A stretch of 64,000 nucleotides of DNA from Alphaproteobacteria bacterium (GCA_963667785.2 CAXXMU010000001.1:864001-928000), one strand, 5' to 3'; positions 1 through 10,629 are shown, counted from the stretch's first letter. Numbers and translations: made by a program. Notes: generated by a model not told the origin, from the letters alone.

Positions 1-1
1 C

Positions 2-325
2 CTCGAGCCCCATGTCCTCGTCGACAACGGCGCGAGCCGCGGCTACACGGTGATCGAGGTCAGCGCGCGCGACAGGCCGGGGCTCCTCTACGACATCACG
101 CGGACGCTCAGCGCCTGCGGCGTCTCGATCGGCTCGGCGCATATCTCGACGGTCGGCTCGCGCGCCGTCGATGTCTTCTACGTGCGGGATCGCTTCGGCC
201 TGAAGCTCTCCCGCGACGCCCAGATCGCGCAGGTGCAGGGCCGCCTGACGGAGATGCTCGAGCGCGAGTCCGGCGTCGCGCCAGTCGCGCCAGGCACCGT
301 GCCGCGCCGCCGCGCGGCCGTCTGA
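2..325 (+). CDS. glnD: [protein-PII] uridylyltransferase, C-terminal ACT domain (5' partial)
   Basis: IEVSARDRPGLLYDI...HISTVGSRAVDVFYV ACT motif; lies directly upstream of murJ as in many alphaproteobacteria. Confidence 0.85.
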   Translation, partial: LEPHVLVDNGASRGYTVIEVSARDRPGLLYDITRTLSACGVSIGSAHISTVGSRAVDVFYVRDRFGLKLSRDAQIAQVQGRLTEMLERESGVAPVAPGTVPRRRAAV

Positions 326-359
326 GCCGCGGGTCCGCCGCCGGCCGCGCGCACACGCC

Positions 360-1925
360 ATGGCCCTCGCCCGCTGGGCCGCCACGGTCGGCGGCTATAC
401 CATGGGCTCCCGCGTCCTCGGGTTCGCACGCGACGTTCTGATCGCCTCGATCCTCGGCGCAGGCCCGGTGGCCGACGCCTTCTTCGTCGCCTTCAAGCTC
501 CCCAACTTCCTGCGGCGGCTGTTCGCCGAGGGGGCATTCAACGCGGCCTTCGTGCCTCTCTTCGCCGGCACGCTGGAGCGCGACGGGCGGGCGGCGGCCA
601 AGTCCTTCGCCGAGGACGTCCTGACCGTCCTGCTGTGGGCGCTGCTGCTGCTGGTCGTCGTCGCTCAAATCGTGATGCCGTGGCTCATGCACGTGCTCGC
701 ACCGGGCTTTGCCGACGAGCCGGGCAAGCTCGATCTCACCGTGCAGCTCACGCGGCTCACCTTCCCCTACATCCTGCTGATCTCGCTCGTGTCGCTCCTC
801 GGCGGGGTGCTGAACTCGCTCTACCGCTTCGCCGCGGTCGCCGCCACGCCGATCCTCCTCAATCTCTGCCTGATCGCGGCCCTGCTCGGGCTTTCGCGCT
901 GGACCGAGACCCCGGGGCACGCGCTCGCGGTGGGGGTGACGGTCGGCGGCATCGTCCAGTTCGTCTGGCTGATCGTCGCGGCAAGGCGCGCCGGCATGTC
1001 GCTCCGCCTGCGCATGCCGCGGCTCACGCCGGGCGTGAAGCGCCTGCTGGTCCTTGCCGCACCGGCGGCGCTCGGCGCCGGCGTCGCCCAGGTCAACCTG
1101 GTGGTCGACATCATCATTGCCTCCCTGCTGCCGCCGGGCTCGGTGTCCTTCCTCTATTACGCCGACCGCGTGAACCAGCTGCCGCTCGGCGTGGTCGGTG
1201 TCGCGGTGGGCACCGCCTTGCTGCCGCTGCTCAGCCGCCAGCTCAGGGCGGGCGAGGCGGACGAGGCGCTAAAGAGCATGAACCGGGCGATCGAGATGGC
1301 GCTGCTTCTGGCTGTGCCGGCGGCGGCGGCGCTCATCGTCATCGCCGGCCCCGTGATCGCGGTCCTGTTCGAGCGCGGCGCGTTCGGCGCGACGGAGAGC
1401 GGCGCGACCGCCGGCGCGCTCGTCGCCTATGCCGCCGGGCTGCCGGCGTTCATCCTGATCAAGGTGCTGGCGCCCGGCTACTTCGCGCGCCAGGACACCC
1501 GCACGCCGGTGCGGATCGCCATTCTCTGCCTCGCGGTCAACATCGCGCTCAACCTCATCCTCATGGGGCCGCTCGCCCACGTCGGCATCGCGCTGGCGAC
1601 GACGCTCGCCGGCTGGCTCAACGTGGGGCTGCTGGCGGCGGGTCTCGCGCGGCGCGGCTTTCTCAGGCCCGATGCCCGGCTCAGGCGGCGGCTGCCGCGG
1701 ATGGTTGCCGCCGCGGCCGTCATGGCGGGAGTGCTTTGGGGCGTCGCGTTCGCCCTCGAAGCGCCATTGGGCACCGACGGCCTGCGCATCGCCGCGCTCG
1801 CCGCTCTCGTCGTCGCGGGCCTCGCGGGCTACGCCGCCGCGGCCGTCGCGCTGCGGGTCCTGTCGCTGAGCGAAATGCGTGCCTTGCTCCGGCGCCCGCC
1901 AAGCGAGGAACGAGGCCAAGGTTGA
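360..1925 (+). CDS. murJ: Lipid II flippase MurJ (MviN)
   Basis: SRVLGFARD, ADAFFVAFKLPNFLRRLFAEGAF, YYADRVNQLPLG motifs; multi-TM, 521 aa. Confidence 0.97.
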   Translation: MALARWAATVGGYTMGSRVLGFARDVLIASILGAGPVADAFFVAFKLPNFLRRLFAEGAFNAAFVPLFAGTLERDGRAAAKSFAEDVLTVLLWALLLLVVVAQIVMPWLMHVLAPGFADEPGKLDLTVQLTRLTFPYILLISLVSLLGGVLNSLYRFAAVAATPILLNLCLIAALLGLSRWTETPGHALAVGVTVGGIVQFVWLIVAARRAGMSLRLRMPRLTPGVKRLLVLAAPAALGAGVAQVNLVVDIIIASLLPPGSVSFLYYADRVNQLPLGVVGVAVGTALLPLLSRQLRAGEADEALKSMNRAIEMALLLAVPAAAALIVIAGPVIAVLFERGAFGATESGATAGALVAYAAGLPAFILIKVLAPGYFARQDTRTPVRIAILCLAVNIALNLILMGPLAHVGIALATTLAGWLNVGLLAAGLARRGFLRPDARLRRRLPRMVAAAAVMAGVLWGVAFALEAPLGTDGLRIAALAALVVAGLAGYAAAAVALRVLSLSEMRALLRRPPSEERGQG

Positions 1926-1976
1926 CGGCGCCGCGCGGGGGCGCGATAAGGCGCGCCCCGGCGGAGCGTTCCAGGC

Positions 1977-2969
1977 ATGAAGCGGGTCTTTTCCGGCGTA
2001 CAGCCGACCGGCAATCTGCACCTCGGCAACTATCTCGGCGCAATCAAGAATTGGGTCGAGATGCAGCGCGAGCACGACTGCCTCTACTGCATCGTCGATC
2101 TGCACGCGATCACCGTGGCGCAGGCGCCGGACGAGCTCACGGACAACACCCGCGAGGTCACGGCGGGGCTCATCGCGGCCGGCCTCGATCCCAAGACCTG
2201 CATCATCTTCAACCAGAGCCGGGTAGCGGCGCACGCGGAGCTAGCCTGGATCCTCAACTGCTTCACGCCGCTCGGCTGGCTCAACCGCATGACCCAGTTC
2301 AAGGAAAAGGCGGGGAAGCAGCGCGACAAGGCGCTTCTCGGCCTCTACGCCTACCCGGTGCTGATGGCGGCCGACATCCTGCTCTACCACGCGACCGGGG
2401 TGCCGGTGGGCGAGGACCAGAAGCAGCATCTCGAGCTCTCGCGCGATATCGCCGGCGCCTTCAACCGGGCCTACGATGTCGAATTCTTTCCTCTGCCGGA
2501 GCCGATGATCTTCGGTGCGGCGACGCGGGTGATGAGCCTGCGCGACGGCCGCAGGAAGATGAGCAAGTCCGACGGGTCCGACTACGCCCGGATCAACCTG
2601 ACCGACGACGCCGACACGCTGGCACTCAAGATCAAGCGTGCGAAGACCGATTCCGAGCCGGGTCTCGCCTTTGATCCGGAGCGCAGGCCCGAGGCCGCGA
2701 ACCTGCTCAGCATCTACGCCGCGCTGGCGGGCGAGCCGGTCGAGAGGGTGGTCGCGGAGCACGCCGGGGTGGGCTTCGCCGCGTTCAAGGGCAGGCTCGC
2801 CGATCTCGCGATCGAGACACTCGGCCCGATCGCCCAGCGCATGCGCGAGCTGCTGGCCGATCCCGGCTACATCGACGGCGTGCTGGCCGACGGAGCCGAG
2901 CGGGCCCGCCACATCGGCGATGCGAATCTCGCCGAGGTGCGGCGCATCATGGGGCTGCTCGACGCCTGA
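1977..2969 (+). CDS. trpS: Tryptophan--tRNA ligase
   Basis: [15 protein letters not shown] (HIGH-like), [15 protein letters not shown]. Confidence 0.98.
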   Translation: MKRVFSGVQPTGNLHLGNYLGAIKNWVEMQREHDCLYCIVDLHAITVAQAPDELTDNTREVTAGLIAAGLDPKTCIIFNQSRVAAHAELAWILNCFTPLGWLNRMTQFKEKAGKQRDKALLGLYAYPVLMAADILLYHATGVPVGEDQKQHLELSRDIAGAFNRAYDVEFFPLPEPMIFGAATRVMSLRDGRRKMSKSDGSDYARINLTDDADTLALKIKRAKTDSEPGLAFDPERRPEAANLLSIYAALAGEPVERVVAEHAGVGFAAFKGRLADLAIETLGPIAQRMRELLADPGYIDGVLADGAERARHIGDANLAEVRRIMGLLDA

Positions 2970-3099
2970 GCCCCGCCGGGCGGCGTCCGGCTGCCCGAAT
3001 CGCCCAGGAAGCGCCCGTTCCGGGACTTTTCCCTTGCGCCGGTCGCGTGGGAGGCGCATGTAGCGGGCGCGCTCCCGCAGGCATGACACGACCCAGCCG

Positions 3100-4017
3100 A
3101 TGGAGATTTATCTCCCGATCGCCGAGCTTTCAGCCAATGCGCTGATTCTGCTCGTGCTCGGCGGCGGCGTCGGCCTGCTGTCGGGCATGTTCGGCGTGGG
3201 CGGCGGATTCCTGATGACGCCGCTTCTGATCTTCCTCGGCGTGACGCCCTCGGTCGCCGTCGGCACCGGCACCAACCTGATCATCGCCTCGTCGGTTTCG
3301 GGGACGATGGCGCACTGGCGCCGGGGCAACGTCGACTTCCAGATCGGCGCGCTGATCTCCTGCGGCGGCGTCGGCGGCGCCTGGCTCGGCGCCTTCCTCT
3401 TCAAGCTGCTCAGGGACGCCGGCCAGGTCGACCTCGTGGTCTCGCTCTCCTACGTGGTGTTCCTCACGGTCGTCGGCTGCCTGATGGGGATCGAGAGCAT
3501 CAGGGCCACGGTTTACCGGCAGCGCACGGCCCGCCGCAAGGCCCACCACCACACCTGGATACACGGCCTGCCGCTGAAGTTCCGGTTCCGTCGATCGCGC
3601 CTCTATGTCAGTGCGATACCTCCCTTCGCGCTCGGCTTCCTGATGGGCATTCTTGCCTCCATCATGGGCGTCGGCGGCGGCTTCTTCATGGTGCCCGCCA
3701 TGATCTACCTCATCGGGATGCCGACTGCGGTGGTGGTCGGCACGTCGCTGCTCAGCATCATCGTGATCAGCTCGGTCTCCTGCTTCGCCCATGCCGTCAA
3801 CAACAACAATGTCGACATCATTCTCGGCCTGCTGCTGGCGGTCGGTGCCGTTATCGGCGCGCAGTACGGCACGCGTATCGGCGGGCGCATCCGCGCCGAG
3901 CACCTGCGTGGCCTGCTTGCGCTCATGGTGCTCGCGGTCGGCGGCCGGCTTGCCTTCTCGCTGGTGGTGATGCCGGACGATCCCTTCGCGGTGGCGCCGT
4001 TGTGGGGGACTCCATGA
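3100..4017 (+). CDS. Sulfite exporter TauE/SafE family membrane protein
   Basis: Duplicated GxxGVGGGF motifs, hydrophobic helices, MEIYLPIAE N-terminus typical of alphaproteobacterial members. Confidence 0.9.
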   Translation: MEIYLPIAELSANALILLVLGGGVGLLSGMFGVGGGFLMTPLLIFLGVTPSVAVGTGTNLIIASSVSGTMAHWRRGNVDFQIGALISCGGVGGAWLGAFLFKLLRDAGQVDLVVSLSYVVFLTVVGCLMGIESIRATVYRQRTARRKAHHHTWIHGLPLKFRFRRSRLYVSAIPPFALGFLMGILASIMGVGGGFFMVPAMIYLIGMPTAVVVGTSLLSIIVISSVSCFAHAVNNNNVDIILGLLLAVGAVIGAQYGTRIGGRIRAEHLRGLLALMVLAVGGRLAFSLVVMPDDPFAVAPLWGTP

Positions 4018-4793
4018 AACGCGCACCCGGATTGGCGGGACTCGCGCTCGCGCTCGGTCTCGTGGCCTGGTCCGCCGCTGGCGTCTTCGCGACACAGGCG
4101 GTGGCGGCGGAGCACGAGGAACCGCTGCTGATCGCGCTCTCGACGCAGCGCATCGAGATCGATTCGAGCTTCGCCGGCACCTCGATCATCCTGTTCGGCG
4201 CGACCGACGTGGCGGGCGATGTGGTGATCTCCGTGCGGGGACCCGAGGAGCCGGTCGTCGTGCGCCGCAAGCGGCAGTCCGCCGGCGTGTGGATCAACCG
4301 CGAGGCGATCGCCTTCCGCAACGTGCCCGGCTACTACGCCGTCGCCGCGTCGCGACCGCTCGAGGAGATCGTACCGGCCGAGCTGCTCGACCGGGCGCAG
4401 CTCGGCAGCGACCGCCTGCTGCTGGAGGTGATCTGGTTCGAGACACCGGGCGATGCGGACGATTTCCGCGCTGCCCTGCACCGCCACCGCGAACGGGATT
4501 CCCTCTATCGCTCGGAGCCTGCCGTAATCGATTTCATCGACGAGAGGCTCTTCCGCACGGAGATCGAGCTTCCCGCCCACGTGCCGACCGGCGAGTACAC
4601 GGTGGAGGCGTTGCTCGTCGTGGACGGCGAGGTGCTCAGCACCCGGACCGCGGCGCTGAGCATCGAGAAAGGCGGCTTCTCGGCCGACATTTTCGCCTTC
4701 GCGCGGGAGGACGAGGCGCTCTACGGCATCGTTGCCATCGCGCTTGCGCTGGTGGCAGGATGGCTGGGCAGCTTCGCCTTTCGCAAGGGCTAG
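4014..4793 (+). CDS. TIGR02186-like putative transmembrane protein
   Basis: Signal peptide, IEIDSSFAGTSIILFGA, VVVRRK..GVWIN, C-terminal TM; ATGA overlap with the TauE gene. Confidence 0.85.
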   Translation: MKRAPGLAGLALALGLVAWSAAGVFATQAVAAEHEEPLLIALSTQRIEIDSSFAGTSIILFGATDVAGDVVISVRGPEEPVVVRRKRQSAGVWINREAIAFRNVPGYYAVAASRPLEEIVPAELLDRAQLGSDRLLLEVIWFETPGDADDFRAALHRHRERDSLYRSEPAVIDFIDERLFRTEIELPAHVPTGEYTVEALLVVDGEVLSTRTAALSIEKGGFSADIFAFAREDEALYGIVAIALALVAGWLGSFAFRKG

Positions 4794-4814
4794 GAGCGCC
4801 GCGGGGTCTATGCC

Positions 4815-5321
4815 ATGACTGAGCAGACGCCGCCGGAATCGGGCGCAGCCCACGTTGCCGGTCAGGTCACGTTCCTGGTCTGCGTCGCCGACGATGGCCA
4901 TTCCGAGGTCGCGGCGCGGTTCGCCGCCCTGCGCGCGTGCAATTCGGGCGGGCACGTGGCGCTCCTTCACGTCGTGCAGCCGCCGGAGTTCCAGCACTGG
5001 GCCGCGGTCGGCGAGCTCATGCGTCAGGAGACGCGGGAGGAGGCGGACATCCTCCTTCAGACCATGGCCGACAAGGTGGTGGAGGTCACGGGCCGGGCGC
5101 CGAGCATGGCGGTGCGCGAGGGCGGCATCGGCGACGAGATACTGAGCCACATCGCCGAGAACGAGGCGATCAACCTGCTGGTGGTCGGCGCGGCTCCGCC
5201 CGATCAGGGGCGGGGGTCGCTGATCTCCTGGCTGGCCGGCCAGCTCGCCGGTCAGCTCAATATCCCGCTGGTGGTGGTGCCCGGCAACCTGGACGACGAG
5301 CAGCTGCGAGACCTGACATAG
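4815..5321 (+). CDS. Universal stress protein
   Basis: FLVCVAD...AARFAALRA, NLLVVGA, IPLVVVPG USP pattern. Confidence 0.9.
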   Translation: MTEQTPPESGAAHVAGQVTFLVCVADDGHSEVAARFAALRACNSGGHVALLHVVQPPEFQHWAAVGELMRQETREEADILLQTMADKVVEVTGRAPSMAVREGGIGDEILSHIAENEAINLLVVGAAPPDQGRGSLISWLAGQLAGQLNIPLVVVPGNLDDEQLRDLT

Positions 5322-5517
5322 GCGCCCGAGCGGGCAAGCGCCGCGGGCGCACGATGCGGGCCGTTCCGGCGCCGAAATTGGGTCAATTCGGCTTCTCCAA
5401 TAGTTGGGGAAAACCGAGGAGATTCTTCTTGAATCAAGAGCTTGCCGATCCTACTTGACCTCATAGGCACTCTGACGCACGCTCCGGGCGCCCATTCTGG
5501 GCAGGGGTGGGAAAGAC

Positions 5518-6075
5518 ATGTTCATCCAGACCGAGCGGACTCCGAATCCGGCGACATTGAAATTTCTGCCCGGAGAGGCGGTGATGTCGTCCGGGACCGC
5601 GGACTTCCGCGATTCCGACTCCGCGGAGCGTTCGCCGCTGGCGCGGCGGCTGTTTCAGGTCGAGGGAGTCACCGGGGTGTTCTTCGGTGGCGACTTCGTC
5701 TCCGTCTCCAAGTCCGACGATGCCGACTGGCAGTCGCTCAAGCCCGTGATCCTCGGCGTGATCATGGAGCACTTCGTGGCGGGCCATCCGCTTCTCCTCG
5801 ACGATGCCGGGCAGGTGCCCGAGGAGGAGGGTGACGACGGTGCCGATGCGGAACTCGTTTCCCAGATCAAGGAGCTGCTCGATACGCGGGTGCGGCCGGC
5901 GGTCGCGCAGGACGGCGGAGACATCATCTATCGCGGATTCCAGAACGGCATCGTGATGCTTCAACTCCAGGGCTCGTGCCAGGGCTGTCCCAGCTCCACG
6001 ATGACCCTGAAGATGGGCATCGAGAACATGTTGAAGCACTACATCCCGGAAGTCGTGGAGGTGCGCGCCGTCTAG
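5518..6075 (+). CDS. NifU/NfuA family Fe-S cluster carrier
   Basis: MFIQTERTPNPATLKFLPG; RPAVAQDGGDI; GSCQGCPSS CxxC. Confidence 0.95.
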   Translation: MFIQTERTPNPATLKFLPGEAVMSSGTADFRDSDSAERSPLARRLFQVEGVTGVFFGGDFVSVSKSDDADWQSLKPVILGVIMEHFVAGHPLLLDDAGQVPEEEGDDGADAELVSQIKELLDTRVRPAVAQDGGDIIYRGFQNGIVMLQLQGSCQGCPSSTMTLKMGIENMLKHYIPEVVEVRAV

Positions 6076-6112
6076 CACGGCCCGTGCGTCCCGGCCGAGC
6101 CGGGGAGGGAGA

Positions 6113-7591
6113 TTGAGCGTTTTGACCAATGCCGTGGGGCAGGCCTCCGCGCGCGAGCGCGCGAGCGGCACCCCGAGTCATCGGCGGAGCACGCCCGCCG
6201 CGCCATCGGCTGGCGCTCGCGCGAGCGACGGACGGAGGGGCCATCTGTCGGCACTTGGAGTGCTGACGGTGGCGACGCTCGCAGCCTTCGGCGTGGCGGC
6301 CGTCGGAACGGGCGGTATCGCGCCGGCCGCCGCCCGCGGTGCGCCGACGCCACTGGGACTCGCGGCCGCCCAGCCCGCGCCTGCCGTGGTCATGCCGGCC
6401 GCGCCGTCCCGAAGCGCACTGGTCTTCGCGCTGTCCGAACCGCTGCCGCCTCATCGCCGAGCGCCTGCCGCGCCCGACCGGACCTCGGCGCAGCCGCCCC
6501 TGCCTCCGGACAACCCGCTGCACGACACATGGCAGGAGGCGGTGATGGTGCCGGATCGGCCGGAGACCGTCGTTCCCGCACCGGCGCCCGCGGTCGCGAT
6601 GCCTGCGGATCCGCCCGCGAGCAAGGCGGCGCCGGCGAGGCCCGTGCAGAAGCCGATCGTGGTGGCCCATGCCGACGCGGCCGACGCGCCGCCGCCGGTG
6701 GTGCACAAGCCTGCCGCCGGCGCATCGTCGGCCGCCTCGGGTGCCGCTGGCGATGGGGAGGAAGCGCGATCGCTGCGATCGGTGAAGACCGTCGCTGCCG
6801 TGACCGCGCACTTCGCGTCGCTCGGCTACGACCTCGACGCCGTGCGCTCGGCCGCCCGTCCGGTGCCGCGCATCTATCTCGAGTCGCTGCCGCGCGATCT
6901 CGCCCGCATCGGGCATGTCGCCACGAAGAAGAACCTGTTCGTGCAGGCGGTCCTCCCGGTCGTTCTGCGGGTCAACGAGGAGCTTGTCGCTGAGCGCTGG
7001 CGTGCCGAGCACCTGGGAAACAGGCTTGCGCGGCATGGGACGCTCTCGTTCGCCGACGGCAAGTGGTTGCTGGATGCCGCCGAGCTCTACGGCACGAAAC
7101 CGCTCGACGTGCCGGCCCTGCTGAACCGGATGGATATCGTGCCGCCCTCGCTGGCGATCGCGCAGGCAGCGGAGGAGTCCGGGTGGGGTACCTCGCGCTT
7201 CGTGCTGGAGGGGAACGCCCTCTTCGGCCAATACACCTACAAGTCCAAGACGGGCATGGTGCCGATGCGCCGCGACGCCGACCGTCAGCACCGCGTGCGC
7301 CGCTACGAGGACCTGCTCGATGCGGCACGCTCCTACGCCCACAACCTCAACACCCATCCGGCTTACGAGGGCTTTCGTCGCCACCGGAGCATCATGCGCC
7401 GTGCCGGCGGCCCCATCGGCGGCTACGAGCTGGCCGGGAAGCTGTGGAAGTATTCGGAGCGCCGGGCGGCCTACATCGAGACCATCCGCCGGATCATCCG
7501 CCAGAACCGGCTCGACGACTTCGACGGGGCATGGCTGGGCGATCGCCGGTGGACGGCGCTGACCGTCTCGCCCCGCCGATACCCCATCTGA
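6113..7591 (+). CDS. Glucosaminidase-domain (Bax-like) protein with Pro/Ala-rich N-terminus; start uncertain
   Basis: IVPPSLAIAQAAEESGWGTSRF..GNALFGQ, NLNTHPAY, YSER..Y. Confidence 0.85.
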   Translation: MSVLTNAVGQASARERASGTPSHRRSTPAAPSAGARASDGRRGHLSALGVLTVATLAAFGVAAVGTGGIAPAAARGAPTPLGLAAAQPAPAVVMPAAPSRSALVFALSEPLPPHRRAPAAPDRTSAQPPLPPDNPLHDTWQEAVMVPDRPETVVPAPAPAVAMPADPPASKAAPARPVQKPIVVAHADAADAPPPVVHKPAAGASSAASGAAGDGEEARSLRSVKTVAAVTAHFASLGYDLDAVRSAARPVPRIYLESLPRDLARIGHVATKKNLFVQAVLPVVLRVNEELVAERWRAEHLGNRLARHGTLSFADGKWLLDAAELYGTKPLDVPALLNRMDIVPPSLAIAQAAEESGWGTSRFVLEGNALFGQYTYKSKTGMVPMRRDADRQHRVRRYEDLLDAARSYAHNLNTHPAYEGFRRHRSIMRRAGGPIGGYELAGKLWKYSERRAAYIETIRRIIRQNRLDDFDGAWLGDRRWTALTVSPRRYPI

Positions 7592-7668
7592 CCCGCCGAT
7601 TCCCCTGAACGCGCGGACGGCGCGGCGAGAACCGCTGCGGCCGGCCCGGACCCGGGCCGGCCGGGCTC

Positions 7669-8736
7669 TCAGGGATCCCGAGGCGCGACGAGCTGGAGCC
7701 CGAACCAGCGCCAGCGCCCGCCCTCGGCCGGGGCGGTGCAGTTGAGGCGCGCTCGTCCCGGCGGGAACGGCCGGTCGAACCCTATCCGAACCCGGCCGTC
7801 CTCCTCGTGCGCGAGCGTGGCGGCAACGCCGCCCGAGGCGTAGCAGGCCAGCGCCTCGCGCCGCGGCAGCGGCGGCTCGATCACGAAGCTCACCGTGGGC
7901 GGATTCTCCGTCATGATCGGATCGGCCGGCGTTACCGAGCGGGCGCCCAGCGGCAGGGTGTCCACGATCAGCCTGAAGCGATCGATCGCGCCGTAGTTCT
8001 CGTTGAGCGCGAAGCGCGGCAGCGTGAGCATGTCCGAGTGCGCCGCGACGACGCCCGAGTGCTGGCCGAAGGCGGCGGTGAAGCCGAGCTCCGCCGCGAG
8101 CGCGCGGAGCGCAGCGTTCCATTCGCCGAAGGGGTAGGCGAAGAGCGCCGCGTCCACGCCGAGCTCTTCCGCCAGCCGCCGGCGAGCCCGCAGCAGGTCG
8201 GCCCGGTTGGCGTCGTCTTCGCCCTGCCACATGTAGCGGTGGGCGGCGCTGTGGTTGCCGATGGTCACGCCTGCCGCAACCAGCCGGCGAAGCTCGTCCC
8301 AGCTCATGATGCCGGCGTGTCCCTCGTCGACCGGATCGGTGGAGACGAACACGGAGAAGGGAAAACCTGCCTCCGCCAGGCGGGGCCACGCGACCTCGAA
8401 GGTCGACCGCGTCGCGTCGTCGACGGTGATGCCGACGGTTCGGTCCGGCAGCGGCCGCCCTTCCCCGAGCGCGGCGAGAATGTCGGGAACCGGAAGAACG
8501 CTGTAGCCACCGTCGACCAGGTGGTCGATCTGCGCCTCGAACTGGGCGATGGTGACGTTCGTCGACGGGTACCGATCCTCGCCGAAGCGGTGATACATGA
8601 GGATGACCGCGGACTCGGCGGCGATCGCCGCTCCGCCACCCGCCGCGAGGGTGATCGCAACTGCGAGCGCGGCACACGTGGCGCGGCCGGCGCGGCGCGG
8701 CGCGGCGAGGGTGCGGCGGATCGCGCCGGCGTTCAC
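7669..8736 (-). CDS. Polysaccharide deacetylase (NodB-type), secreted
   Basis: ILMYHRF, ITVDDA, IGNHSAAH, FAYPFGE; GTG at 8736 overlaps the ddpX stop (GTGA). Confidence 0.9.
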   Translation of the reverse strand: MNAGAIRRTLAAPRRAGRATCAALAVAITLAAGGGAAIAAESAVILMYHRFGEDRYPSTNVTIAQFEAQIDHLVDGGYSVLPVPDILAALGEGRPLPDRTVGITVDDATRSTFEVAWPRLAEAGFPFSVFVSTDPVDEGHAGIMSWDELRRLVAAGVTIGNHSAAHRYMWQGEDDANRADLLRARRRLAEELGVDAALFAYPFGEWNAALRALAAELGFTAAFGQHSGVVAAHSDMLTLPRFALNENYGAIDRFRLIVDTLPLGARSVTPADPIMTENPPTVSFVIEPPLPRREALACYASGGVAATLAHEEDGRVRIGFDRPFPPGRARLNCTAPAEGGRWRWFGLQLVAPRDP

Positions 8737-9296
8737 GGCGCCATCAGCCCGGTGCCCGCCGCGCTGTCCCACAGCAGGGGATAGCGGCGCGGCGCGAACA
8801 TCTGATAGTGCCACCATTCATTGAGATAGTGGTCCCAGCCGGCCGAGGCCATGAGGCCGAGCAGCAGCATCCGGTTGCGCCGGGCCGCCGGCGTGGGTGC
8901 GTCGCTGCCATGGAAGGCGCGCGGCGTCAGGTCGTCGAAGCCGGTGCCCATGTCGAGGGCCGCGCCGGTCTCCCGGTCCGCGAGGCTGAGATCGACCGCG
9001 ACGCCCCGCGAGTGGGGCGAGCCGCGCCTCGGGTCCGCGAGAAAGGTCGGGTCCGGGCACTGCCGCCAGAGCGACCATTGCGCTTCCACCGGGCGGAAGG
9101 CGTCGAAGATGATCAGCTTCAGGCCCTGCGCGGCGGCGAGTCGGGCGGCGCGCTCGAGCAGCTCCGCTGCGTCCCGGTGCAGATAGCATGCGGCCCTCCG
9201 GTAGATGCGCCGGCCCGTGACATTGTCGTCGGTGGCGTAGGCGAGCGCCAGCGACACGTCGAAACGGGGCGGAGCGATCTCGACCAGGCCGGTCAT
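8733..9296 (-). CDS. ddpX: D-alanyl-D-alanine dipeptidase (VanX/DdpX, M15D)
   Basis: FDAFRP, GSPHSRGVAVDL (SxHxxGxAxD), LDMGTGFD, EWWHY. Confidence 0.93.
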   Translation of the reverse strand: MTGLVEIAPPRFDVSLALAYATDDNVTGRRIYRRAACYLHRDAAELLERAARLAAAQGLKLIIFDAFRPVEAQWSLWRQCPDPTFLADPRRGSPHSRGVAVDLSLADRETGAALDMGTGFDDLTPRAFHGSDAPTPAARRNRMLLLGLMASAGWDHYLNEWWHYQMFAPRRYPLLWDSAAGTGLMAP

Positions 9297-9440
9297 GGGC
9301 GCCGTCCTGCTGCGGCCGGGGGCGTTCGGCACCATAGCACCGCAGCGGCCGGTGATGCATGGTTCCGCGGCGACCCGGTTGCGAACGCCGCCGGGCGGGT
9401 GCTAGAGGCGCGCCAGCGCGAGGCCCAGGGTCTGGTACGG

Positions 9441-10139
9441 ATGATGCTGCTCGGATTCGACACGGCGACGACCGCCTGCTCGGCCGCCCTCTGGGCGGAG
9501 GGCGCGGTGAGGGCGCACAGGCGCATCGAGGCGGCAGGGACGCATGCCGAGGCGCTCGTGCCCATGCTCTGCGAGGTCGCGGCCGAGGCGGGCGCCGAAC
9601 TCGGCCGGATGGATCGGTTCGCGGTCACGGTCGGCCCCGGCTCCTTCACCGGAATTCGCATCGGCCTGGCCACGGCGCGCGGCCTCGCACTCGCCCTGGG
9701 GCGGCCCCTGGTCGGTCTTTCCACGCTCGAAGTCCTGGCTGCCGGTGTTCCCGCGCACGAGCGCGACGGGCCCGTACTCGCCGCCCTCGATGCAGGAGGC
9801 GGCCGGCTCTACGCCCAGCTCTTCGATCGCTCCTTGCGTCCTCTTCGCGCGCCCGAGGCAGTGACGGTCGAGGCGCTGCCGGGCCTTCTGGCGGACGCGA
9901 CGGAGGGGGAACCGCCCATCGTGGCGGGCACCGGGCGCGATGCCGTGCTGGCGGCGCTGCCGCCCGAGGTCGGTGCACGGGCTGCGCCCGGGTCCCCCAC
10001 GCCCGACGCCCGCGTTCTGGTGTGCCGCGCCGCTGCCGCCGCCGGGGACGATGCGGCCGCCGTGCGGCCCCTCTACCTGCGGGAGGCCGGGGCGCGGCCG
10101 CGAGCCCGCTCCGCCGCCAGCGGGCCGGCGCGTGCGTGA
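9441..10139 (+). CDS. tsaB: tRNA threonylcarbamoyladenosine biosynthesis protein TsaB
   Basis: LLGFDTAT..CSAA, HAEAL, VTVGPGSFTGIRIG, PLYLR. Confidence 0.95.
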   Translation: MMLLGFDTATTACSAALWAEGAVRAHRRIEAAGTHAEALVPMLCEVAAEAGAELGRMDRFAVTVGPGSFTGIRIGLATARGLALALGRPLVGLSTLEVLAAGVPAHERDGPVLAALDAGGGRLYAQLFDRSLRPLRAPEAVTVEALPGLLADATEGEPPIVAGTGRDAVLAALPPEVGARAAPGSPTPDARVLVCRAAAAAGDDAAAVRPLYLREAGARPRARSAASGPARA

Positions 10140-10629
10140 GTCGGCTGCCGGCGCCCAGGCGCCGATCGAGGCGATTCGTCAGACCGACCTCGCGGCGGTG
10201 GCCGCGCTCCATGCGCGCTGTTTCGACGAGCGGTGGCAGCCGGAGCTGATCGCGCGCGTCGCCGTCGGGTCCGCCGGCTTCGGTCTCCTCTGGCGCCACG
10301 AGGGAGAAACGCAGGGATTCGTCCTCTGCCGCACGAATGACGCGCGCGGCGAGGTTCTGTCGCTCGGCGTGGCGCCCGGCGCGCGTAAGCGCGGCATCGC
10401 CCGCGCCCTGATGACCGCGGCCATCGACGCGGTCGGCGAGCGCGGAGTCCCGGCTCTCTACCTGGAGGTCGCCGAGGACAACGCCGCCGCGCGTCATCTC
10501 TACCGGACCCTCGGCTTCGCTGAGATCAGGCGCCGCCCCGGCTACTATGCGAGGCCCGAGGCCGAGACGGTGGACGCGCTCACGCTGCGCCGCGTGATCG
10601 CGCCCGCGGCGGGCGGCCGCAACGGCTGA
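10132..10629 (+). CDS. rimI: RimI-like GNAT N-acetyltransferase
   Basis: EVLSLGV..RKRGIA, LYLEVAEDNAAA..LY..LGF..RPGYY; follows tsaB. Confidence 0.8.
   Translation: MRESAAGAQAPIEAIRQTDLAAVAALHARCFDERWQPELIARVAVGSAGFGLLWRHEGETQGFVLCRTNDARGEVLSLGVAPGARKRGIARALMTAAIDAVGERGVPALYLEVAEDNAAARHLYRTLGFAEIRRRPGYYARPEAETVDALTLRRVIAPAAGGRNG

Noticed and set aside
5924-8677. 917-aa minus-strand ORF and other long shadow ORFs (12852-16157, 38061-41594, 15799-17814)
   Set aside because: Arg/Gly/Pro-rich antisense or off-frame artefacts of high GC overlapping well-supported genes.
8733-9296. Vancomycin-resistance locus (vanX)
   Set aside because: No vanH/vanA/vanRS nearby; this is the common Gram-negative DdpX type.
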